Under the pieces are notes generated by a model that saw only the letters and a list, made by a program, of their open reading frames with translations, ran no database searches and was not told where the DNA came from. Position numbers and translations under genes: made by a program. A stretch of 64,000 nt of DNA from Antedon mediterranea (Eukaryota > Animalia > Echinodermata): the NCBI RefSeq assembly GCF_964355755.1, contig NC_092675.1:31480912-31544911 (forward strand), in the 5' to 3' direction. Positions 11,701 through 23,814 of this stretch are shown here, piece after piece (positions within the stretch are counted from its first letter, which is position 1; the number at the start of each line of letters is the position of its first letter).

Positions 11701-14219
11701 AGTAATACTTGTATCTAAATCAAATCTCTTGGTCTAATTTAAAAAGTTCAATAACTAAAGACACAGTTAGAGGAAAAATCAGCACTGTGTTACATGATTT
11801 GTCAAAACAATATAGATTATCTGATAAAAATCTTAGAAAGTAGAAAACCTTTTGCCATTTTTCTGGTCTATGTTTATTGTAAAATATAATAGGTAGTGGC
11901 ATGCGTGCAACGCTAGCATCCATTGGATAAAACCGTCACGATCACAATGTTAGATATTAAATTAAAGGGTAGTTTTTATTAATCTATTTTACAGATGGAA
12001 ATCCTTGATTGGGCATGCTATCCGCAATTTGAACTATTGCGCAAATTGAAATCAATTTGAATCAAAATTGCATATTTATTCTCAATATCTCAGATTCATT
12101 TCTAGCCAACAATTAAAAATGAAACAATCTACTGCATTATTAATTCTATTCTAACTAAATATTATTCTTCATTCCAAAAAAATGTTGCTGTAGGCCTAGG
12201 CCTATTTTATATTATCTATTATATCAAGGGAGTATCGTCAAAGCGGCCGCCAACCAAAGCGGCCGCCAGTTTAATATCGTCATTTGTATGGAACGCCATG
12301 TGCGCTTTAATCTTTGAGTGTCGTTGTCAACGCTATGGCGAGTTGAGTTACAGCTGTATGTATGGTCAAACCAATAAATATAAGCCAAATCATGTACTAT
12401 CGAATCTTTATATTTCTATAATAATTAAGTTTATTATTCTGTTTTATCATTCTTTCTCCTTTATTGCATCCAGTAAACAGTGATGAAGTTGACATAAATA
12501 TTTAAAAAACTTTATCAAAGAAAAAAAAAAACATAGTATAACACAACCAAACAAGTTACTATAATATATCATAGTCCACAAATCAGTCTTTCAATGGCCA
12601 TCATAGTACATCCAGTAACACAAACCAAAAGTTTGCCTGCCGATAAATCAATGTATATTTTATTTGTATTTTAATATTAACTAACTAAATATATTTACAT
12701 ATACTACTATCGAATCATTAATAATTTAAGTTTGCATCATAATCAATGTACTATTGTACCTTTATATCTCATTTACGTACTATTTATTTGGTTATATCTC
12801 TTTTTTTTTTTAAATTCATTGGCAGTGAAGGGAAAAAATAACGTTGAATTGACCAGACGTTTCTCTCCTATCGAATCTTTATACAGTATTGCATTAATAA
12901 TTTACGTATGGTATTGCCGAATCTTTAAATCTCATTTACATACTATCAAATCTTTATACAGTATTGCATTAATAATTTACGTACGGTATTGCCGAATTCT
13001 TATATCTCATTTACATACTATCGAGTCTTTATACAGTATTGCAATAATTTACGTACGGTATTGCCGAATCTTTATATCTCATTTACATATACTATCGAAT
13101 CTTTTTACAGTATCGCAATAATAATTTACGTACGGTATTGCTGAATCTTTATATCTCATTTACACTGTACTATCGAATCTTGTTTTTTTTTATTGATTAG
13201 TAATAGGGTGTGTTATACATTAAGTGTTATTGCATTGTAATACATTGTTTGTGTTTTCAATAAAGCAACAAAAACGCGACCTTCTACAGCACTATTCCTG
13301 GCTGTCGAGTTAATAGCAGAAATTCGCGTAATTAATTACCGTACCATACAGACACTTGCATCTTATTTTAGTATTTAAAACTAATTTTAAATTGATCAAT
13401 ATTTATATATCTGAAGGTGTAAAATAATTAAAGATATAAATACTGTATATATATTTTGATATACTTTATTGAAAAATATATATATTATTCTTAATAATTG
13501 GCTTATATGTTATAATTAATATACAATTACAATACAAACACCACAATGTGTTTTATTGACTTTATTAAACATATATATCATTTCGAACAGTTATAGTCTA
13601 GTAAGTAATCATCGATTCGCCATTTCGTTTAAAAGAACGTATCACATTCAATCTGTAAAAAAGAGAATAAATTACATAAATGTAGATTGTTATTTACGTC
13701 CGAGGTAAAGAAAACCTGTCGAAACAATGACAATCAAAGATTACAAAACGACGACAATCAAAGCGCACACGGCGTTCCATACAAATTACCGTTATTGAAC
13801 TAGCGGCCGCTTTGGTTGGCGGCCGCTTCGACCGTAATCCCTTACAAGTTGGCCTATAGGCTAGGCTAGCCTAGTTCTGTAAAAATGAGAAAAAAAACAA
13901 TCGGGAAAAGAAATGATCGTAATACTGTAGTACTAGGCCTAGTAAACAAACACTGATCGTTATATTAGCGAACGGCGCTTCATACTAGGCTATTAACTAA
14001 TTTACATACAAATTCAAGCACTGCAGCGACCTAAATGCATAACACCGCGACCGAAATGATTGGTTACCACGAAAAACAGCCAGTCATCTTAGGATTCATC
14101 CTATCCTCTCTCTAGAGTCTAGCCTAGCTTATTTTACGTACATCAAAAAATGCTTGAAAAAGCTCACGAAAATCCCATGGCTCGGGACCAAAGTATGGCC
14201 ACCACGCTGTAGTAGACAT
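5727..14219 (-). CDS. SPTLC1: Serine palmitoyltransferase long chain base subunit 1 (14 exons)
   Basis: Exons 14142-14219, 11433-11540, 11118-11212, 10777-10870, 10572-10644, 10246-10378, 9895-10024, 9700-9789, 7572-7679, 7222-7317, 6765-6916, 6321-6438, 5911-5984 and 5727-5823. Motifs [74 protein letters not shown]. Confidence 0.97.
5940..6183. repeat. 61-bp x4 perfect tandem repeat spanning an SPTLC1 3' splice site
   Basis: Units start at 5940, 6001, 6062 and 6123. Each holds 16 nt of intron end plus 45 nt of exon start (minus strand). Confidence 0.95.
6847..7035. repeat. 95-bp period tandem duplication spanning an SPTLC1 3' splice site
   Basis: 6847-6940 is identical to 6942-7035. It contains the acceptor tctttctttccag and the first ~70 nt of the [15 protein letters not shown] exon. 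Confidence 0.95.
7945..8004 (-). ncRNA. Minimal hammerhead ribozyme-like motif in the Penelope 3' pLTR
   Basis: Minus strand reads CTGAAGA-a-GCTGTCC gatca GGACAGC-GAAAC-TGTC-A: the CUGANGA/GAAA core with a strong stem II but a weak stem I. Confidence 0.65.
9258..9312 (+). ncRNA. Second hammerhead-like motif in the inverted pLTR
   Basis: CTGAAGA at 9268-9274, stem GCTGTC/GACAGC at 9276-9294, GAAAC at 9295-9299, then TGTCA. Confidence 0.62.
10925..11038. mobile_element. Family H MITE (one end truncated)
   Basis: Starts TAA|AGCTCTGTCTACACTATCAAA and ends AAGTTTGATAGTG. Confidence 0.75.
12229..13840. mobile_element. Non-autonomous TIR element, family A copy 1, with internal ~73-bp tandem repeats
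   Basis: Imperfect ~80-bp TIRs GGAGTATCGTCAAAGCGGCCGCCAACCAAAGCGGCCGC / GCGGCCGCTTTGGTTGGCGGCCGCTTCGACCGTAATCC. About 4-5 internal repeats at 12868-13180. Degenerate 8-bp flanks atatcaag/cttacaag. Colinear with the copy at 19637. Confidence 0.88.
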
Positions 14220-14958
14220 TTTTAATATTACTGCTTCTTATAATTGTGGAAACAAGAACGTTGACAAATCTTTATGTATATTTTTGGCCAAATAAAAAAC
14301 GCAACTACATAGCCTAGCCAAGCCTAGCAATGCTCAATAAAACAATGTGTAATGGCGCCCTCTGTTGACTCAAAGAAATTACCTGTATAACACTAGACGT
14401 ACTTTCTACTGTACTACACCACATGTAGCACCACCCAGTACATTATTGAATATATCTAGAAGTATGAACGCAAGTCATTGTCACGAGATGACCCTAATAA
14501 ACAAAACCTATATAAATAATGTAATAAATGTATAATGGAGACACACAGCCTATCATTTATTCTTTTTTTCATAATCAATCAAATTTATATAAAGAATTTA
14601 TATTTAAGTGGTCATCAATGCTGTTCCACAAATGTTGGCCGGAGACAGATAAGAAGTGGTCAGAAGTTTTAAGTCCGAACAAAGGGGATCACGTTCTGTT
14701 TATTTTGTCTTTTTATAAGTGAAATCATTATATTTGTACATTTTTTTTCTATTAAAACAAATTAATTAAATTATTGGTTAAATGTAACATACTTTTCATT
14801 TAATGTAAATAGTAAAATTAATATGACACAAAAGTTACAGTTTTTTTTTCCTTTATTAACAAAATTTGCATACTGCACACAATATAAAAATAAATGATAA
14901 TATATTATTTGAGTTTAATAGCACCGTGATTAAAAATGTTTGTTCTTTCGAAATATCA

Positions 14959-17900
14959 TTAAAGATCCTCATGAGAAACACGCCTTGTTGATATAGAAAC
15001 AAGGTCATTCCATAGGTCATGTACGTCTGTTTGTGGACCCCATACATTCACAACTTGTCCATCTCTATTGACGAGGTACTTCCAAAAGTTCCAATTAGGT
15101 GAAACTCCACTCATTTCTGTAAATTTAAAATGATATTTGTAGAATGTAAACTGGTACAGTAGTGACGAGTATATTTTTTTTATCAAGATAAAAAGTTTTA
15201 AAAAAGTAGTAACTTTTCATTTAATCTTTTACTATTTTTGATACTCAATGTTATTAATAACGAAGTCTCTGCTGAGTTTGTAACAGTGTATATGTTGCAT
15301 GCAGGGCCCCAATGAAAACCAGTTTAAACTGTTTAGGCCCCGGTTTAGGCTACCCTGGGTAAAAAAATGTAAGAATAATAATACCAAGAAATGTGCATTA
15401 AATTTGCGAAATAAAAAGTTTATACCGTACAACCAACTTACCAGCCAAGTACTTATATACAGGGTGTGCATTGTCTCCAATAACATCAATTTTTGAGAAT
15501 AGTGGAAAATTACAGTTGTAAGTTTGTTTGGCAAATTGACTGATTTGAGCATTACTTCCAGGTTCTTGGAATCCAAATTGATTACATGGAAAAGCTAGGA
15601 TATTAAGGTGATCTTTTATTTCTCTAGCTTTACTCAACTGAGAAAGAGCTTCATAATGGTTATGTGTATAGCCACATTCACTTGCAACATTTACTACCAA
15701 AGATGGCTGAAAAGATATACAGAAATAATATATTTATTTCACACAATATACATACACAATAATTAATAATATAAATATCAAGAAAATATTTGAAGTAGAT
15801 CCTAGTCTAGAATTGGTTCGCAAAAGTTGCTAACAGTGTGCGAGAAACATGTCATCATCAATTGAAAGGATTTATTTGTTAATTTTTATATGATTCTCCT
15901 TCATAAAAGTACCTAGCCTAAAATTTTAAGGTGTGGTATTCACGATAAAGTTAGTTAACAAATTAAAAATAAAATACTGTAGTTAAATTACGAGACAAAA
16001 CAAGTGCGAAACAGAACTAGGCTAATACTTAGCACTCATTCCTACTACAAAATACAAGGCAGGTACGTACAAAACTACACAGTTCAGTTTCAGTTTTATT
16101 TCACACAACATTATACACTTTTATCTATACAGTATATACTTATTATTAATGAATACATGTAATAATAATAATAATAATAATAATACATTTGATTTTGTGT
16201 GGTGATTACAATTAAAAAAAGCCATAACAAAGTCTGAACCTCAAGATTAAACAAACAAAACAATAAATATTTAATGTGCACTTTAGTCTTTACGACTAGC
16301 ATCCGATAGAGGGCCCACTAGCTAAGCCTCAGCCAGAGCCATATTATATAGAGAGAGTTTCGACATTGAATGGATTAGAAGCCGTGTTTGTGTCAAACTA
16401 TTCCTATGTAGTGTATGGAGTTGAGTCTTTTGTTTTGAAAATGTATAACGTTCAAAAGGCTTTAATTATCGAATTTAATATCAAAACAATCAATTTGATT
16501 TAAAGGTTTTTGTTAAAATAATAAAAAAATTATAAAGTTACTGCGAACATGACAAAAATAGCAATTTTGGAACGGCTCTGGTTGTTCGCTCCATGCACGC
16601 TCTACGCGTGCGCGTTTAGTTTGTACAGCGATTCTCTATAGTTATGCATTGTTTTTACATTTTGTTTAAAATCATGTTCGCAGTAGCTTTATGATTTCGT
16701 TATTATCTTAACAGAAACCTTTAAACAAATTGATTGTTTTGATATTAAATTCGATATTTAAAGCCTTGTGAATGTTATACATTTTTTAAGGCTTTAAAGG
16801 GGGGTTCCGGGTTTAAAATGAATAGTAAAAAATGTAAAATATATTTGTTTGTCTCTTGAACGGTAAAAGTTTCAATTTATATAAGCGCCCAGTGAAGCAG
16901 AACGAAGGCTGTGAAATGAGGCCAGATTACAAGTGCAGCTACGGCAAAATCACACTGTGGTTACAGAATAGGAAATTCGTGAAATGGTCAATCTTCCGAC
17001 GACTCGTTATCATTACCCATATCAATTACTTTTGTAAAATTATACTTATCTGATGTAATTTTAGTCGGTCTTCCCATTTATAAAGTCAATTTTCTATGAA
17101 AATCTATCAAAACAGTGAAAAATTAGATAAGTTTGCACTTTACGTTTGCCGATTTTCGCACTGACTTAGGGAAAGCCTTCAAAATCAATGAAGCGTAACG
17201 TATACATTCCTGCTGAGTGAGGAGAGCGAGACGACGATACACATGCTCTCTCTGCCCATGCCTGGCATTGTCACGTGATAAGCAGATACAGTATACAATA
17301 CAAAACTGGTCGGGTCGAGTATACCCCGTCTATAATCACAACATGAACGATGTACAGTATTTGATTGAAGGTCGACTCGACCTACCGGAATGGTATAGAT
17401 AAAATAGCTCGAATGAGAGAGTTGGAATATTTGTAAACATAAGTACAGTATTGCTAATTTTAACAAGTGTAGCCTATAGTAAAAGGCCTGGTAGTATCAA
17501 TTCGCATAGGGTCTACTACACTAGCTAGCTCAATTTTTAACTGGGCCGGATCGGCTAGGTCTCCTTCCTACTACCGGTCTACTTGCTTGATGCAGTATCC
17601 GCTTTTTTGGAGAGTAAACTAGGCCTATTTTAGGCCTACTTATTAGACGATCGGGACACCATACGTGCGGACGGCGATCGGACCTTGTTTTGCCTCAATA
17701 TTTACAGCCGATTTTTGTAGAACGTTTTAGGTTTAGATTGTTTAGGAGTTTGGTTGATAGGATGGGTTTGGAATCCACTGCGTTTTGTTATTTATGGGCC
17801 AATCGTTTAGTAATAGGCTAGCTAGGCCCATGAATGATGGCACCAATGTTTTAACGTAGCCATCGTGGCATGGAATCCCTAGTCAGAAATGGCCAAACCC

Positions 17901-20900
17901 ATGAATAAAATGATTTAGGCTAGGCCTTCATTCATTCATTCATTCTTTATTTAGCCTTTAAAATCGAAATACAGGTAACAAAAACAAGACAGGTGAAAAT
18001 CTAAGGAGGCAAGGATAAGCAAAAGCAATTAAAATCGCTGTAGCTCGCAGGCTTGCTTATCCAGGCCTAGCCTAGTACGTGAAGCCGATATACGATCTGT
18101 ACTATTCGAGGTATAAAAATAGTATAATTTATGACTCCGTACTAAATCTGTACTAAATTTTGTATTTCATTAAATGTCAAATAAATATATGCTACTACTG
18201 TTATTATTACACTTTAGGCCTAGCTTAGAAAATCTAAAAAAAAATGTATTTCACAATGATCGGGTGGTTGTCGTTTGACAGGGGAGAGAGAACACAACGT
18301 ACAAGCTTGACGTCGCGAGTTTGGAATCCTGATGACGTGATTTTGTGAATATCTCATGAATATTAATGAGCTTCCCTAAGCTGCTGAAAAACAGACTTTC
18401 CATGAATTTACCCTAAAATGTATATGAAATTTAATTTTTTTAATTTCTCGTTATTACTTCTTCATTCTGACATGTCTATATTGTTATAATATTTTTTATT
18501 TAATAAATAAACGATATTTAAAAGCAATTTTAAACCCAGAATCCCCCTTTAAATATAAAATTTAATATCAAAACAATCAATTTAAATGTTTAAAGGTTTT
18601 TGTTAAAGATGTATTGACTAATTCCAAAAAAAATAAAAAATAACAGATTTCGAAAAAAGGTGGGTCATTTTAAAGTATCATAATAGTTATTAACTATCAC
18701 CAAAAATTTGTCGGAAAAAAAATCATTTAACTGAAATACAGACGTTTTTTGGTTAAAAAAATTACTTTGACTTCCAGTCAAAGTTTTCGATCAAAACATA
18801 TCCCATAATGAAACACGCTTGTTTGGCTAGTCTGTATGTATGCATAATTATAAAACTTCCTCACAATCTGTGTGAAAGTACCTTCTCAACCGTAACGAGT
18901 TGTAAACAATCATAATTAGCATCATACATAATGCGTACTCATGGTTTAAATCTTTGTTTACTTTCGCTCGCGACGATTTTCCAGACGAAATGTAATCAAA
19001 CTATTTTACCTGTTAATTACGTAAATTTGTTGCTTTTGGCTCGAATTTTCGACTTAAAGTGAATAACTTTAATATTACTTTGATATGGCCAATTCAAATT
19101 TAGAATATTTTGACCTTCATCTTTTTGTGTTTCAAGGGACAATACATCTTTAAGATAATAACGAAATCATAAAGTTACTGCAAACATGATTTTAAACAAC
19201 AAAATGTCAAAATGTAAAACGCCGTGGCTAAAGATACGGTACTGTATCCTAACTTCCTACAGTCCTTATACAATGACGTCACACACGTACCAGCACCCCA
19301 TTGGCTGATTATGACGTAATGCAATTTTACCGTACCGTTAGTAAACAGAAGTCTTTAGCCACGCCGAATGCAAAAAAAATGCATTATTTATACTAGTGTA
19401 CTGTACGAACTAAACGCACAAGCGTAGAGCGTGCATGGAGCACAGCCAGAGCCGTTCCGAAATTGCTATTTTTGTTGTTTAAAATCATGTTCACAGTAAC
19501 TTTATAATTTTTTTATTATTTTAACAAAAACCCTTACTTAAAAAAATTGATTGTTTTTTTTTATATTAAAATGTATACATTTTCAAAACAAGACTCAACT
19601 CCATACAACTCTACACATAATAGGCCTACTAGGAATGGAGTATGGTCGAAGCGGCCGCCAACCAAAGCGGCCGCCAGTTTAATATCGTCATTTGTATGGA
19701 ACGCCATGTGCGCTTTAATCTTTGATTGTCGTTGTCAACGCCATGGCCTATGGCGAGTTGAGTTACAGCTAAATAAATATAAGCCAACTCATGTACTATC
19801 AAATCTTTATATTTCTATAATAATTAAGTTTGCCTGCCGATAAATCAATGTATATTTTATTTGTATTACTATTAACTAATACATATATCGAAATATATTT
19901 TGCCGAACCTTTATATCTCGTTTACATACTATTGAATCCTTATACAGTATTGCAATAATAATTTACGTATACGGTATTGCCGAATCTTTATATCTCGTTT
20001 ATATGCAATTGAATCCTTATACAGTATTGCAATAATAATAATTTACGGGATCATCCAATTTACGTACGGTATTGCCGAATCTTTATATCTCATTTACATA
20101 CTATCGAATTTTATACAGTATTGCAATAATAATTTACGTACGGTATTGCTGAATATTTATATCTCATTTACATTTAACTATCGAATTTTATACAGTATTG
20201 CAATAATAATTTACGAACGGTATTGCCGAATGTTTATATCTCATTTACATTTAACTATCAAATTTTATACAGTATTGCAATAATAATTTACGTACGGTAT
20301 TGCCGAATATTTATATCTCATTTACATACTATCGAATTTTATACAGTATTGCATTATAATTTACGTACGGTATTGCCGAATCTTTATATCTCGTTTACAT
20401 ACTATCGAATCTTTATACAGTATTGCATTAATAATTTACGTACGGTATTGCCGAATATTTATATCTTGTTTACATACTATCGAATCTTTATACAGTATTG
20501 CATTAATAATTTACGTACGGTATTGCCGAATATTTATATCTTGTTTACATACTATCGAATCTTTATACAGTATTGCAATAATAATTTACGTACGGTATTG
20601 TCGAATATTTATATCTCGTTTATATACTATCGAATCTTTATACAGTATTGCATTAATAATTTACGTATACGGTATTGCCAAATCTTTATATCTCGTTTAC
20701 ATACTATTGAATCTTTATACAGTATATTGCAATAATAATTTACGTACGGTATTGCCGAATCTTTATATCTCATTTTTACATACTATCGAATCTTTATACA
20801 GTATTGCATTAATAATTTACGTACGGTATTGCCGAATCTTTATATCTCGTTTACATACTATTGAATCTTTATACAGTATTGCATTAATAATTTACGTACG

Positions 20901-22999
20901 GTATTGCCGAATCTTGATATCTCATTTACAGACTTATAATCGAATCTTTATACAGTGTTGCATTAAATAATAATTTACGTACGGTATTGCCGAATATTTA
21001 TATCTTGTTTACATACTATCGAATCTTTATACAGTATTGCATTAATAATTTACGTACGGTATTGCCGAATATTTATCTTGTTTACATACTATCGAATCTT
21101 TATACAGTATTGCAATAATAATTTACGTACGGTATTGCCGAATATTTATATCTCATTTACATACTGTACTATCGAATCTTGGTTTTTATTATTAGTAATA
21201 GGGTGTGTTATACATTTAAGTGTTATTCCATTGTAATACATTGTTTGTGTTTTCAATAAAGCAACATGGGACGCGCACCTAATGTGCAGCAGCACTATTG
21301 CTGGCCGTCACGCGTAATAATTCGCGTAATTAATTACCGTATCAAACAGACACTTTCATTTTATTTTAGTATTTAAAACTCATTTTCAATTGATCAATAT
21401 TTAAATATCTGAAGTAATAAAATAGTGTAGGGATATTAAATAAATTGCTGTCATCATGTTATTGTAATTAAATTATGATTGCGAACACTACTACTAGTTA
21501 TTTTACTAATTAATTAATATACAATAACACATATTTTTAATTATTAATATATTTATATATTTTGATATACTTTATTGATTGGTTTATTTATATATAATTC
21601 TTAATAATTGGCTTATTATTATATTATATTAATATACAATATAAACACCACAATGTATTTTAGACTTTATTAAACATATGTATATCATTTAGAACAGTTA
21701 AAATTAAGTAATCATCGATTCGCCATTTCGTTTAAAAGAACGTACGCGTATCACATTCAATCTGTAAAAAAAAAGAGAATAAATTACATAATAATGTAGA
21801 TTGTTATTTACGTCCGAGGTAAAGAAAACCTGTCGAAACAATGACAATCAAAGATTACAAAACAACAATCAAAGCGCACACGGCGTTCCATACAGATTAC
21901 CGTTATTGAACTAGCGGCCGCTTTAGTTGGCGGCCGCTTCGACCGTAATCCCTAGGAATGGGTGTCACGAAAGCTCAGACCCCCTAAGACCTAAGATCAC
22001 GAAAGCTAAGACCCAACCAACACCTAAGATTACAAATACTAAGATATACTACAGCTTAAAAACAATACTTGTTTATCCATACATAATTTTAAACACAGTA
22101 GGTTTCATTTATTACCATAAATATAATTTAATACTACCGCAAAACATAGATAAACTCACATTATTTTCGCCCGTTGAGTAAATGTATATTTTTTCTTTAC
22201 AACAAACAAACTTGACGGGTTGTTTGTTGGTAATATTTACTCCATTGTGTTGTTTCAGAGGATGTTTTTCTTACGCACCTGCCTTTCTTGTATTTTGACT
22301 CCAAATTTGTTGACTAACTTTATCCTGAACACCACACTTTAAAATTAGGACTTATAAGTACTTTCAGAAGGAGAAACACATAATAACAAATAAATAAATC
22401 CTTTAAATTGATGATTTTACAGATGTGTTTCTTTGTATACTGTAATGACAATGTAACTCCTCGAGCTCCCCATCCATGCTCAATGTTTTTGTTTCTATGG
22501 AGCGCCAAAAGAGCAACAATAATAGTACAAGTATAAAAACAGAAAGAAAGCGAAACAAAAAAACTTATCATGATTTTTAAATTAAAATTTATTTGCCAGT
22601 ATTTATTTCTTCGTACTTGCATGATTAGGCTATACTATTATCATTACAATTTTAATTTTACATTGTTCCATCCACCATGGAGGTATAAGTAGGCTCGCCC
22701 ACTAACTAGCCTAGGCTTGGCTCCGCCGCTCAGCTAGGCCTACTATAGCTAGCTAGGCTAGGCGGCTAGATAGGCCTTAGCTAGTAGGCCCTCTAGCCTA
22801 GCTAGCTAGGCTAGGCTAGGTATCCTAACTCGAAATGAACTCACAAACAGTATACCTTTCCCCGATATTGTTCTAACGATACCATATCTCCTTCAATATC
22901 TGTAACTTTAAATGAATAAAAGTCTACAGCTTGGACTCCTATCAATAAAAAGAAATAAAGCAATACATTAACCGAAGAAAACATGTTTACCACCGCCAT
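14959..22999 (-). CDS. GPX7: Cys-type ER glutathione peroxidase 7/8-like (3 exons)
   Basis: Exons 22856-22999 (signal peptide, DFYSFKVTDIEG..VSLEQYRGK), 15442-15706 (VVNVASECGYT, LAFPCNQFGFQEPG, FSKIDV) and 14959-15116 (PNWNFWKYLV, C-terminal HEDL ER-retention motif). The catalytic codon is TGT (Cys), not TGA. Confidence 0.93.
16798..18548. mobile_element. Non-autonomous TTAA-TSD DNA transposon (Kolobok-like), 1.75 kb
   Basis: 22-bp TIR AGGGGG(G/A)TTC(C/T)GGGTTTAAAAT. TTAA at 16794-16797 and 18549-18552. Confidence 0.85.
17927..18062 (-). mobile_element. Probable 3' tail of a LINE/SINE nested in the Kolobok-like element
   Basis: The minus strand ends AATAAA-(GAAT)4 after a GGATAAGCAA..TTGCTTATCC stem-loop, and aggcct flanks it on both sides. 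Confidence 0.5.
18607..19149. mobile_element. Second TTAA-TSD non-autonomous element (Kolobok-like), 543 bp
   Basis: TIR AGATGTATTG(A/T)C. TTAA at 18603-18606 and 19150-19153. Its removal restores the host arm sequence tgttaagataataacgaaatc. Confidence 0.85.
19220..19366. mobile_element. Internally deleted copy of MULE-like family E
   Basis: Ends CGCCGTGGCTAAAGA / TCTTTAGCCACGCCG. 9-bp TSD aatg(t/c)aaaa. Matches the element at 27137. Confidence 0.85.
19637..21951. mobile_element. Family A copy 2 (GGA..TCC termini, 8-bp TSD; Merlin/MULE-like) with expanded ~73-bp satellite
   Basis: TSD ctaggaat at 19629-19636 and 21952-21959. TIRs match copy 1. Roughly 17 tandem units (tatcgaatctttatacagtattgc..tttacgtacggtattgccgaat..tttacatac) at ~19900-21180. 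Confidence 0.9.
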
Positions 23000-23194
23000 C
23001 TTTGTTTGTCTCTTTTGTAAATCTATTTCTATACTTTTATTTTATAAACGCAAATTAGGTTTTATTAAAAAACACTAATTTATTTAAATTACATTGTGAC
23101 AGATATAATATTTAGATGAAGGAAATGTATTTAAAAGAGTATTTATAGTAGTAAACTATTATATTTAAATTAATTATTATTACACATAGACTTA

Positions 23195-23275
23195 CCAACC
23201 GTAACAACTGTTGTGTGCTTGCGCAACATTTGAAATTGACCAATCAAAAAGAACGAGAGCGGCTTATTTAAAAAT
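23195..23275 (+). promoter_or_regulatory. G2/M-type CDC20 promoter (MYB sites, CDE-CHR x2, CCAAT), divergent from GPX7
   Basis: CAACCG at 23196, CAACTG at 23205, GCGC-n4-TTTGAA at 23221-23234, CCAAT at 23240, GCGG-n4-TTTAAA at 23259-23272. Confidence 0.72.
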
Positions 23276-23279
23276 ACAC

Positions 23280-23387
23280 AAAGCAAGTTTGTGAATAATT
23301 TATAATACAGTAACACTAGGGTATTTTAAAGACACGTTTAATTGTAATTATAAACTGCTTGAACGTTTTTTTCATTTTGAAATATAG
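23280..23387 (+). other. Inferred non-coding first exon of CDC20
   Basis: Follows the CHR promoter. Donor AG|GTAGGC at 23388 and acceptor ttgattacag at 28130, 17 nt before the ATG. The TSS is approximate. Confidence 0.55.
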
Positions 23388-23814
23388 GTAGGCCTATGTA
23401 ATATTTCCTAGGCTAGTGTAAATTAATCGTTTTTATTCAATAGGGTTTTTTATATTAATTAAATATGACTTTTCAAATGTGGATTGTGAGACTGAGTGAG
23501 AGTGACGGCGGTGGACTCTCTGTCTCACTCCCCCAAAAGTCAGGCTACGCATGAGGCTAGGCTAGTAGGACCTAGACCTAGGCCTATATAGTAGTAAACA
23601 TAGGCCTACTAGGCCTAGGCCCTAGAGGCTAGTAGGCCCTACCTACTAGGCCCTGGTCTACCTTAGTTAGCTTTGTAGGGCCTAGCTAGGCTTGAGATGA
23701 GTTAGCCATCATCAGCAGGAAGCTTTTTCAAAAAGTCTTGAATTATAATAATTAACAATACGAATGTGGGGGTATGGATAGGCCTAGGCCTCGCTAGGAG
23801 CTATGATATGGAAG

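Larger units (their letters stand above)
16400..19636. mobile_element. Foldback/palindromic element (family B), right arm interrupted by nested insertions
   Basis: 16400-16786 is the reverse complement of the stitched segments 16788-16797, 18553-18606, 19154-19219 and 19376-19636. Each arm is itself a hairpin (16437-16553 vs 16670-16785). Confidence 0.8.

Noticed and set aside
14500-15706. Selenoprotein GPX / SECIS element
   Set aside because: The active-site codon is TGT (Cys) and there is no in-frame TGA.
17185-17720. Possible coding remnant in the Kolobok-like element (93-aa ORF; TIRADGD resembling an OTU motif)
   Set aside because: Short, interrupted by stops and frameshifts, with no supporting motifs.
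20223-20970. Repetitive ORFs ([10 protein letters not shown]...), also 12732-13121 and 59354-60189
   Set aside because: They are translations of satellite units inside non-autonomous elements.
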